Source of the DNA: Candidatus Delongbacteria bacterium
GTDB lineage: Bacteria; CAIWAD01
Length of the DNA: 64,000 nt
Assembly (NCBI GenBank): GCA_963663545.1
Contig: OY760505.1
Span: forward strand, 1,600,001-1,664,000
Direction: 5' to 3'
Shown here: positions 57,320 through 64,000 of the stretch, piece by piece
Layout: the number at the start of each line of letters is the position of its first letter
How positions within the stretch are numbered: the first letter of the stretch is position 1
Notes under the pieces: generated by a model
What the model was told of the DNA's origin: nothing
What the model saw: only the letters and a program-made list of their open reading frames with translations
The model's database searches: none
Program-made: the position numbers and the translations under genes

Positions 57320-57741
57320 CAGGCAGTGGCCTCCACGGTCATGATGTCGGCCATGGTTGCGCCAGCACCAACAGAGCGGGTCCAGTGGATGACGTAGCCG
57401 AAAGACTCCATGGTCAGCCAGACCAGATCAACGAGAAGCGTGACCGTCTTGCCCTTGTTGAGGAAGTCCAGCTCAATGGTCTTGATCGTTGTCAGGGCGG
57501 CCTCAATGGCCTCGATGGTGGTCTGGTCCCACTCGTCAATCAGCAGCGTGCCGTCGCCCTCGATCCCAGACAGCCACTTGTCCGTGTTGCCATCGCTGAG
57601 CTTCTTGCTGCCCATTTTCTCGGTGGGCTTGTACTTGATGGCGTCGTAGTCAATGCCCGTGAACGTGGCCACGGCAGTGGTACCTGCCATCAACCGTGCA
57701 TTGATCGGTCCGGTCAGAACTCCAGCAGTGTTAAAACTCAT
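57319..57741 (-). CDS. Probable major tail (tube) protein
   Basis: 140 aa, beta-rich, in the canonical position before the chaperone. Confidence 0.65.
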   Translation of the reverse strand: MSFNTAGVLTGPINARLMAGTTAVATFTGIDYDAIKYKPTEKMGSKKLSDGNTDKWLSGIEGDGTLLIDEWDQTTIEAIEAALTTIKTIELDFLNKGKTVTLLVDLVWLTMESFGYVIHWTRSVGAGATMADIMTVEATA

Positions 57742-57753
57742 GTGTCACATCCT

Positions 57754-58152
57754 TTAGATTTCAGCTTTCCATACGATGTCGGCGACAGCGGAGGTCACGC
57801 CCTCCAGCTCCGGGCCGCAGTGCACCTCAAACTCCATTAGGCCACTTGTCCCGGCCAGGTAGTGCAGTGTCTCTTCCATTGTGGCCACGTAGCCGGTCAG
57901 CTCTTCCTCGCGTGCCAGGTAGGCTTCCTCGCTGCCGTCGTAGTGCACCGTGATACTCGCGCTCATGGTCACCGAATGCGTGGGCCGACCGCGAGCGTTT
58001 TCCTCACGCTGCCAGCCCAGGAGCATCAGCTCACAGGTGTGATCCAGTTCGCCAGACAGATTCAGCTGCGTCTTTCGCACAACCAGTTCGGGAAGTGCCT
58101 CGTCAAGTGCGGCTGCCGCTGTATCACGATACGCAAGCGCTGAATGCATCAT
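57754..58152 (-). CDS. Probable tail terminator/completion protein
   Basis: 132 aa, acidic; assigned by synteny only. Confidence 0.55.
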   Translation of the reverse strand: MMHSALAYRDTAAAALDEALPELVVRKTQLNLSGELDHTCELMLLGWQREENARGRPTHSVTMSASITVHYDGSEEAYLAREEELTGYVATMEETLHYLAGTSGLMEFEVHCGPELEGVTSAVADIVWKAEI

Positions 58153-58694
58153 TCCCTCCAGGCCTTGCCAACCTGCTCGGGCAGTGCCTTCACCAGCGCA
58201 CGGTGCGCCCAGGTCTTGTGGTCCTCAAAGGACTGGTCGAAGAAGGGGCGCGGACGAATGCCACGGAGATAGATGGCCCACTGGATCTGGCGCGCCAGCT
58301 CGAAGTCCTCGAAGCGTTGCACGTACTTGTTACCCAACCGGCGGTGCGTCTTCACGCTGTAGCGGCCAGTCAATCGCTTCACATGCACCCAGTCCAGAAT
58401 GGGCTTCATGGGCGGCATCTTTCCCGGCTTGCGTCCATCGTGGACCCACTCGGCATACTTGGTATTGGCCACAAGCGTGCCCTCTACCAGACGACCGCGC
58501 GCCCGTACTTGTGCACGGATCGAGCGGATCAGATCTCCGCGCGCGTAGAGCCCGGCCTTCTGCATGTCGCGCTGAGTACGCGCCGCCCAGCCCATCGAAA
58601 CCTGTGTCACGCTGCGCACAAAGGCCGCCTGCACCGCTTTCCGCCGATGCGGAAGCGAGGAAGACAGACGGTTGTTGACGGTGATGTGATACAT
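58149..58694 (-). CDS. HK97 gp10-like neck/tail completion protein
   Basis: GDLIRSI, YAEWVHDGRKPGKMPP, GIRPRPFF. Confidence 0.8.
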   Translation of the reverse strand: MYHITVNNRLSSSLPHRRKAVQAAFVRSVTQVSMGWAARTQRDMQKAGLYARGDLIRSIRAQVRARGRLVEGTLVANTKYAEWVHDGRKPGKMPPMKPILDWVHVKRLTGRYSVKTHRRLGNKYVQRFEDFELARQIQWAIYLRGIRPRPFFDQSFEDHKTWAHRALVKALPEQVGKAWRE

Positions 58695-59171
58695 CAGGGC
58701 TCCGGCGCAAGCACACTCAGGGAGAAGGCTTCAAGAATCAGGTCGGGGTTCTCGTCTTCGTCTTCCTCAGGGCGCGGCAGGTAGGTGTCGATGATCTCAT
58801 CCACTTGTTCACGCCACTGAGCGCGCAAAGCGGCCAGCTCGCCCTTGTCCAAAAGGCCCACATCGGTGTTGCCGCCCGTCCGGCCACCGGTGCGGTGAAG
58901 GCCCTTGGCGGTGGCCACGTGCGTCATGAAGGGCAGGAGATACCAGCCGGCCAAAATGGCCTCAGCCAGGATCAGCGCCTTTCTGTCGTCCTCGGTGTAG
59001 GTGAGGCGTTGTCAGACCGGAGATCTGTTCGTACACATCACCGGGCTCTGATGCAGTCAGCATCCGGCGCAGGTGGCGCTCGGCCTGGGCCAGATGCGGC
59101 TGAACCAGGCTGTCGTCCACCTGCGCGAAGTTGCAGTGCTTCTTGACGTCTTCCACCGTTGCCGTGGACAT
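58694..59171 (-). pseudogene. Head-tail connector-like gene split by a frameshift near 59005
   Basis: MSTATVEDVKKHCN... continues in another frame as TYTEDDRKALILAEAILAGWYLLPFM...; joined product ~158 aa. Confidence 0.6.
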
Positions 59172-59174
59172 GGC

Positions 59175-59462
59175 CTATCCCTTGACCTTCACACGGCCCG
59201 CGAATTCGGTTTCGGGCACCAGGTAGCAAGAATGCGTAGGCTTGATGGAGGCGAACTCCGTAGCCGTCAGCTCCACGCGCGTGCCGTAGGTCAGGCTGAC
59301 ACGGCGCTTCTTCTCAATCAGGAAGCTGGCGCTGCCCAGGCCTGTCCAGACGTAGGGCTTCTTCGGCTGTGCCTTGGGCGCATCCTTGGTTTCGGTCTGT
59401 GTCACATTGCCCTCGCCCTGTGTCACATCGCCCTCAGGGGCCGGGTCTTTCTTCTTGGTCAT
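59175..59462 (-). CDS. Phage hypothetical protein downstream of the capsid gene
   Basis: ATG 59462 with GGGAG RBS; 95 aa with a low-complexity N-terminus. Confidence 0.65.
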   Translation of the reverse strand: MTKKKDPAPEGDVTQGEGNVTQTETKDAPKAQPKKPYVWTGLGSASFLIEKKRRVSLTYGTRVELTATEFASIKPTHSCYLVPETEFAGRVKVKG

Positions 59463-59528
59463 GAAATCGCTCCCATTTAGGAAAGGCAGGGAGCAAAAGC
59501 CCCCTGCCCGTCCACACACCAGTGCCGA

Positions 59529-61556
59529 TTAGGAGAAGTTCTCGGAGTACACGATCGCGTCAGCGTCGCGGAACTCGTAGTCGGTCTTGCCCTTCAGCGT
59601 GTGCTGAATCGTGTCCAGGCGCGGCTTGCGTTCTGTGTGGTAGCGCAGCTGGTACCACACACCCATCACGAAGTTGGAGTGCGGCGTCAGCAGGATCTTC
59701 TGCTGCGACAGCTCCTCGACGCCCTCGCACATCTTGGGCACGGGCATCACCTCGTAACCCAGACGGCGCGGCGTCGCACCATCGATGATGTAGGCATCAC
59801 CGCGCGCAGTCGGACGCTCGCCCAGCTGCTCGACGTAGGCGTCGTAGACTTCCTGATGGCAGAAGAAGCGCAGCTTCAGGCCACGGTACTTGGGCGGCAT
59901 CCGGCGGATCATGCCGGGGAACACCACGTTCAGGTAGTCGGTGGAGCCGTCATGATCGAACTTGTGCACGGCAGGATCGTTGGCCGCGATCTTCAGCCAG
60001 CCGTCGTTCATGCGCAGGAAGTTGTTGTCATGCGGTTCCGGCATCGCGGCCAGGGACACATTGCCGTTCATGCCCAGGTCCACGCCATCGAGCGACCAGA
60101 CGCGCGTCAACTGAGTACGCAGCCACAGCTCGGCGCTGTCGCCCAAGACGTTGTGGTCGTACCAGTCTTCCTCGATGTCGTAGGGCGTGATCATCTTCGC
60201 GGGATTGAGCAGACGCTCAGTCATGCTCACTTCGCCGGTGATGTCCGGGTAGGTGTCCGGGATGACCACACGGCTACGGCGCGTGGCTGCGTCCAGGCGC
60301 GGAATGCGCTGGTTGGGCGAGCGCACGGAAGTGATGGTGATGCCCTTCAGGAAGGCATCCACATCCGCCACGGCGGCCAGCACAGCGTCAAAGACTTCGG
60401 GCGACATGGTGGATGCGGCGGTCGGGGAGATCAGACCCTTTTCCAGCGCGTCGATGTACTCGCCCACAGTCGGGGATTCGGTGCCCGTCCAGCCGGGAAT
60501 GTTGGCGAAGGTACCCTTCCAGACCTTCACACTGCCGGGCGCCTTGGTGACTTCCAGACGATCGCTGGGGATGTAGGCTGGCGCACGCTTCTCGAGGGTC
60601 TCAAGACGCTGGTTCACGGGAGCCATTGCCTTGGCGACTGCGCCCTGCAAGGCGGCCACCACATCCTCGATGCTGGGCTCATCGTCCTCTTCGGGCGGCT
60701 GAGGCGCAGGGGCTGCGGCGGCCTTGTTCACAGGCACGGCCTCGGGCTCGGCAGGCGCCTGCGGGGTGGGTGCTTCCTCTTCGCCCACCTGCTTGGCCAA
60801 TGCGGCCATGCCAGCGAAGAACTTCTTCAGCTTGGTAGACATGCTACCTGCCTCCTTGGTTTTCATGAGGCCCTGTGCCTCGTCTAGGACTTCTCGCAGA
60901 GCTGCTTTCTCTTCGTCGGAACTGGGCGGCGCCTGGTAGTAAGTCTCCCAGAGCGTGTTACAGATGGACTCCAGCAGCCGTAATACATGGCGCTTGTCCA
61001 TGTCCTCGCTCACGCTGAGCTTGGCCAGGTCCACCGCCTGCTTGGCCAGCTTCTTCCGGTCGCTCTTGGTCACGGTCACCCCTTCCTTCACAAGGGAACT
61101 TCCGCTAAAACTGAAGGCCTTCAGCTCGCCCTTTTCCACGCGTTCCCAGGTCTTGTCCACAACGATCTGTCGTGTTACAGCCCAGGCGCCCACATCATTG
61201 GGAAACAGCGGATCGCCCTCGCGGATCTTCCAGACCTCGCAGAAGTAGTCCTCGGTGGGAACCTCGTCGTGCTCGATGTCGCCAGCGATGCCAGAAGCCA
61301 CGCGCCCCTTGCGCATGAAGCCGTGCATGGTCCAGTCGAAATCGGCTTCGGTGCTGAAGTCGCCATGTGCGTCCAGTTCGCCAATGCCGTACACGACGCC
61401 GGTGACCTGACGCTTGGCTGCGTCCACCTTGCGGATCGGCACAGCCAGCTCGAAGTGGCCACCTGCCTTGGCAATGAAGTAGCGCCGGTTGGCGCCTTCC
61501 GGCACCAGGCTGATGAACTCCATATCGATCTTGGTCAGGCGACGACCGCGCGGCAT
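59529..61556 (-). CDS. Fused XkdF-like prohead protease - scaffold - major capsid protein (P2 gpN/PBSX-like)
   Basis: FISLVPEGAN, RQVTGVVY, DAHGD, DIEH, KGELKAFSFSG; Pro/Ala/Glu linker; capsid motifs DLGMNG, FLRMNDGWLK, MPPKYR. No stop in between. Confidence 0.88.
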   Translation of the reverse strand: MPRGRRLTKIDMEFISLVPEGANRRYFIAKAGGHFELAVPIRKVDAAKRQVTGVVYGIGELDAHGDFSTEADFDWTMHGFMRKGRVASGIAGDIEHDEVPTEDYFCEVWKIREGDPLFPNDVGAWAVTRQIVVDKTWERVEKGELKAFSFSGSSLVKEGVTVTKSDRKKLAKQAVDLAKLSVSEDMDKRHVLRLLESICNTLWETYYQAPPSSDEEKAALREVLDEAQGLMKTKEAGSMSTKLKKFFAGMAALAKQVGEEEAPTPQAPAEPEAVPVNKAAAAPAPQPPEEDDEPSIEDVVAALQGAVAKAMAPVNQRLETLEKRAPAYIPSDRLEVTKAPGSVKVWKGTFANIPGWTGTESPTVGEYIDALEKGLISPTAASTMSPEVFDAVLAAVADVDAFLKGITITSVRSPNQRIPRLDAATRRSRVVIPDTYPDITGEVSMTERLLNPAKMITPYDIEEDWYDHNVLGDSAELWLRTQLTRVWSLDGVDLGMNGNVSLAAMPEPHDNNFLRMNDGWLKIAANDPAVHKFDHDGSTDYLNVVFPGMIRRMPPKYRGLKLRFFCHQEVYDAYVEQLGERPTARGDAYIIDGATPRRLGYEVMPVPKMCEGVEELSQQKILLTPHSNFVMGVWYQLRYHTERKPRLDTIQHTLKGKTDYEFRDADAIVYSENFS

Positions 61557-61628
61557 AATCCAGCTCCGAATTCTGCGTTGACGGTCACACGATACGAGGG
61601 GCGGGCTGTGTGTCACAAGGAAAGCTTG

Positions 61629-61658
61629 TCTACATAGTGGGTATACCCGGTATGTAGA
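61629..61658. promoter_or_regulatory. 30-bp near-perfect palindrome between the divergent capsid and portal genes
   Basis: TCTACATA-GT-GGGTATACCC-GG-TATGTAGA. Confidence 0.6.
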
Positions 61659-61717
61659 ATGAAATTCGTGGTCCCTTGGGCCGCTTCCACCTTTCTTGGG
61701 CGGCAAAGGAGGCCCTC

Positions 61718-62944
61718 ATGTCCGAATCCCTCGCCCTGTCCCTGTACGCTGGTGTCGATCCCGATGCACAGAACCCACTGGTCCACAAGCCTGCGCTACT
61801 CATCAAGGACGCCGAGTTCCGCAAAGAGCTCAAGAAGGCCAGCAGCCAGCTGAGCGCTGAGGCCATCCAGAGCCTGACCTGGGTGCCGCAGCCGGTGTCC
61901 TTTGAAAGCCTGGCCGCCTTTCATCATCCGGTGCATGACAGTTGCCTGGACGTGAAGACGAACATGACGGTAGGGCTTGGACTGACAGAGGGCGGTGGTG
62001 ATACAGACGCAGACCTGCCCGGCAATATGACGGGCGAGACCTTTCTGGACGTGCAGGTGCAGGCGGGCAAGGATGCCGAGACCACGGGGAACGGCTACAT
62101 CGAGGAAGTGGACGGCGGGAGGGAATACTACTGGCTGCCCGCGCACACGATGGAGATGTCGGTCGATCGAGAGCACCAGCTCTACCGGCAGGTTGTGGGC
62201 GGTCAGACGAAGCTCTTTCGCGCGTATCACAACGAACGTGACTCGCACCTGAACCGCGTGATCCACGTCCGCTATCCAAGTACCTGGTCCACGTATTACG
62301 GCGGCATCAGCTGGATGGGCGGCATTCGGCATCTGCTCTTGTCTGAGAACGCGCTACGCTGGAACCAGGCTTTCTTTGCCAATCACTGCATGCCAATGGG
62401 CGTCCTTTACCTGACAGGTATGGAGCTGGACAAGAAGATTGCCCAGGGCCGCTACAAGGGCCGTACACCGCGCGACCTGGTGAAGAGCTGGCTGCAGGAA
62501 TCCTTCGGCGGCGCAGACAAGGCGCACCGGATCATGCTGCTCTCGTCCATGCTGGAGAACGCCAGTGTGAAGTTTGAGCGGCTGACGGAGCCGGTGAAGG
62601 ATGGCGACTTCCTGAAGCTGATGGACCACTGTGATACACGCATCGCTATTGCCCATCAGACACCGCGCGAGTTGATCTCGATGCCGGTAGCAGGCAAGCT
62701 GGGCAACACCTCAGGCGCTGAGCAACTGGTGATCTTCTTCCTGACGACGATTGCCGCACGCCAGCGCATCTGGAACACCACACTGAACCGCACCATCGGC
62801 GCTACCCACGGCAAGAAGCTGACCCTGCGCTCCTTCGACTACCAGAGCCTGCTTCCCCAGCAGCCTCAGCCCTTAACCCCTGAGGACGCCCTGGAGCGCG
62901 AAGTGAAGCGGCTGGAAAAGGCCCTTGGACGGTTGGTCGCGTGA
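61718..62944 (+). CDS. Phage portal protein (PBSX/P2 gpQ-like)
   Basis: AAGGAGG RBS; HDSCLDVK..MTVGLG, TGNGYIE, STYYG, FFAN..MP, KDGDF, IAIAHQTP. Confidence 0.9.
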   Translation: MSESLALSLYAGVDPDAQNPLVHKPALLIKDAEFRKELKKASSQLSAEAIQSLTWVPQPVSFESLAAFHHPVHDSCLDVKTNMTVGLGLTEGGGDTDADLPGNMTGETFLDVQVQAGKDAETTGNGYIEEVDGGREYYWLPAHTMEMSVDREHQLYRQVVGGQTKLFRAYHNERDSHLNRVIHVRYPSTWSTYYGGISWMGGIRHLLLSENALRWNQAFFANHCMPMGVLYLTGMELDKKIAQGRYKGRTPRDLVKSWLQESFGGADKAHRIMLLSSMLENASVKFERLTEPVKDGDFLKLMDHCDTRIAIAHQTPRELISMPVAGKLGNTSGAEQLVIFFLTTIAARQRIWNTTLNRTIGATHGKKLTLRSFDYQSLLPQQPQPLTPEDALEREVKRLEKALGRLVA

Positions 62945-63813
62945 GACACCAGATCCAGCGCATTCACGCCCGTGGCGGCAGCGTCATCCTGAAGGCTGAC
63001 GAGTACTACAAGCGCCAGTCGGACAAGCTGCGTGCAGCGGCGCTGTCGGAGCAGGGCAGGATCTTCGAAGAGCATGTTGAGGGCGTCCTACAGGCGGCAG
63101 AAGCTGGGCGTGATGCGCTGGACTTGTCGCTCGAAAACCTGGACCGTGACCTGGGCGACCGCCTGGGCGAGGCCATGCGCGAGGAAGGCGCACGGATCAC
63201 TTCACGTGTCTACAGCCGGGGCATGATCGAAATCCTGGGCGGCAAAGAGTGGGAGTTCAATTCTACCGACCGGCTGGCCCTGCACTACCTGGAAGACACG
63301 GAAGTCTGCTACTGGGTGGGCAATCACTGGGGCGACAAGGTCTCGACTGCAGTGAAGGAAGCTGTAGCGCCAGCGTTTACCGAAGGCTGGACACGGCTGG
63401 AATTGATCGAGAAGCTGAAGACTACCTTCGCTGACCAGATCCGGCGCTCTGACAGCTACTGGTCCGGGCTGGCCGCCAACGCCGTGACACGCAGTCGGGG
63501 ATTCGGAATCACCGAAGCCGCCACGCAGGCCGGGCTCACGCAGGGCACGATTCGTGCCTTCCTGGATGACGTGACCTCGGATGTGTGTCGCTACTTGAAC
63601 GGGAAGACGATCCTGGTCTCGGATATGCGGCAGCTGAGGGACAGCATCCTGAGTGCCCAGGACCCGGAGGCGGTCAAGGCGCTGGCGCCGTGGTTGTCGC
63701 TGGAAGAGCTGAAGGCGCTGGTCACGCCGGAGGGGCAGATTCCCGTGTCACACAGTCTGCCGCCGTATCACTTTCACTGTAGGAGTTTTGTAGTCTTTCA
63801 ACATGCTGTTTAG
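62941..63813 (+). CDS. Phage minor head protein (Mu gpF/SPP1 gp7-like)
   Basis: D.VTSDVCRYLNGK and LPPYHFHCRS motifs; GTGA overlap with the portal stop. Confidence 0.88.
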   Translation: MRHQIQRIHARGGSVILKADEYYKRQSDKLRAAALSEQGRIFEEHVEGVLQAAEAGRDALDLSLENLDRDLGDRLGEAMREEGARITSRVYSRGMIEILGGKEWEFNSTDRLALHYLEDTEVCYWVGNHWGDKVSTAVKEAVAPAFTEGWTRLELIEKLKTTFADQIRRSDSYWSGLAANAVTRSRGFGITEAATQAGLTQGTIRAFLDDVTSDVCRYLNGKTILVSDMRQLRDSILSAQDPEAVKALAPWLSLEELKALVTPEGQIPVSHSLPPYHFHCRSFVVFQHAV

Positions 63814-64000
63814 GGGAAATACCGGATCCATTTGACCACGCAAACCGATAGAACCGTTCAGTAGCATCAAGGATACTCCACGATCTAGTGTTCATTGTCT
63901 TCTTGTACTGCGAAAACTTCTCAACGAGATACTGACGTGGATCTTCTGGCTTCTGCAGTCCCGAGGGATCTAGCAAGTGGCCATGCTCAGTCTTTCCCTG
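63722..64000 (-). CDS. 3' end of an AT-richer hypothetical gene entering from beyond the window
   Basis: The frame is open from 64000 to TGA at 63722 and overlaps the minor head gene end convergently; composition shifts after 63813. Confidence 0.35.
   Translation of the reverse strand, partial: QGKTEHGHLLDPSGLQKPEDPRQYLVEKFSQYKKTMNTRSWSILDATERFYRFAWSNGSGISPKQHVERLQNSYSESDTAADCVTRESAPPA

Larger units (their letters stand above)
47503..64000. mobile_element. Prophage (siphovirus-like tail, P2/PBSX-like head genes), left end at the tRNA; continues beyond the window
   Basis: Contiguous lysis, tail, tape measure, chaperone, neck, capsid, portal and minor head genes start right after the tRNA. 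No sheath, integrase or terminase is seen in the window. Confidence 0.93.

Noticed and set aside
59601..60887. 428-aa + strand ORF, and similar long antisense ORFs (2948..3811, 12961..13884, 19975..20856, 46146..47024)
   Set aside because: Shadow frames opposite well-supported genes, as expected in GC-rich codon-biased DNA.
61557..61706. N-terminal extensions given by the ORF track (capsid 61706, nadC 2412, dapF 29755, CotH 44703, 52693)
   Set aside because: They overlap neighbouring genes or regulatory DNA. The downstream starts have an RBS, a signal peptide or translational coupling.

Overview
GC-rich bacterial chromosome segment. A diderm FCB-superphylum-type host is inferred from a PorV-like barrel, a T9SS-type C-terminal domain and a TonB-dependent receptor. 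Bases 1-43.3 kb hold mostly minus-strand housekeeping and envelope genes: nadC, a giant TPR protein, uvrD/pcrA, mltG, PilZ, Wzz-like, two sigma-54 activators, murC-dapF, a priming glycosyltransferase, rsgA, MFS, cdaA, tsaB, TolC, PDZ and hpnCDE. This part also contains a 13-kb five-gene outer-membrane operon: TBDR with a Ca-binding-like repeat insert, beta-helix lipoprotein, T9SS-CTD protein, PorV-like protein and a large lipoprotein. Bases 43.5-44.6 kb lack credible genes but are packed with hairpins and two intrinsic terminators, giving a candidate small RNA plus a candidate ~850-nt structured RNA. A CotH-kinase gene and tRNA-Ile2(CAU) follow. A siphovirus-like prophage runs from the tRNA to the window end: lysis module, signal-peptide beta-helix protein, tail genes with a -1 frameshift chaperone, a fused protease-scaffold-capsid ORF, and a divergent portal plus minor head gene. 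The strongest window-wide signal is a roughly ten-fold over-represented heptamer, GTATCAC/GTGATAC (family GTRWYAC), in both host and prophage DNA. All calls come from reading the sequence by eye; no searches were run.
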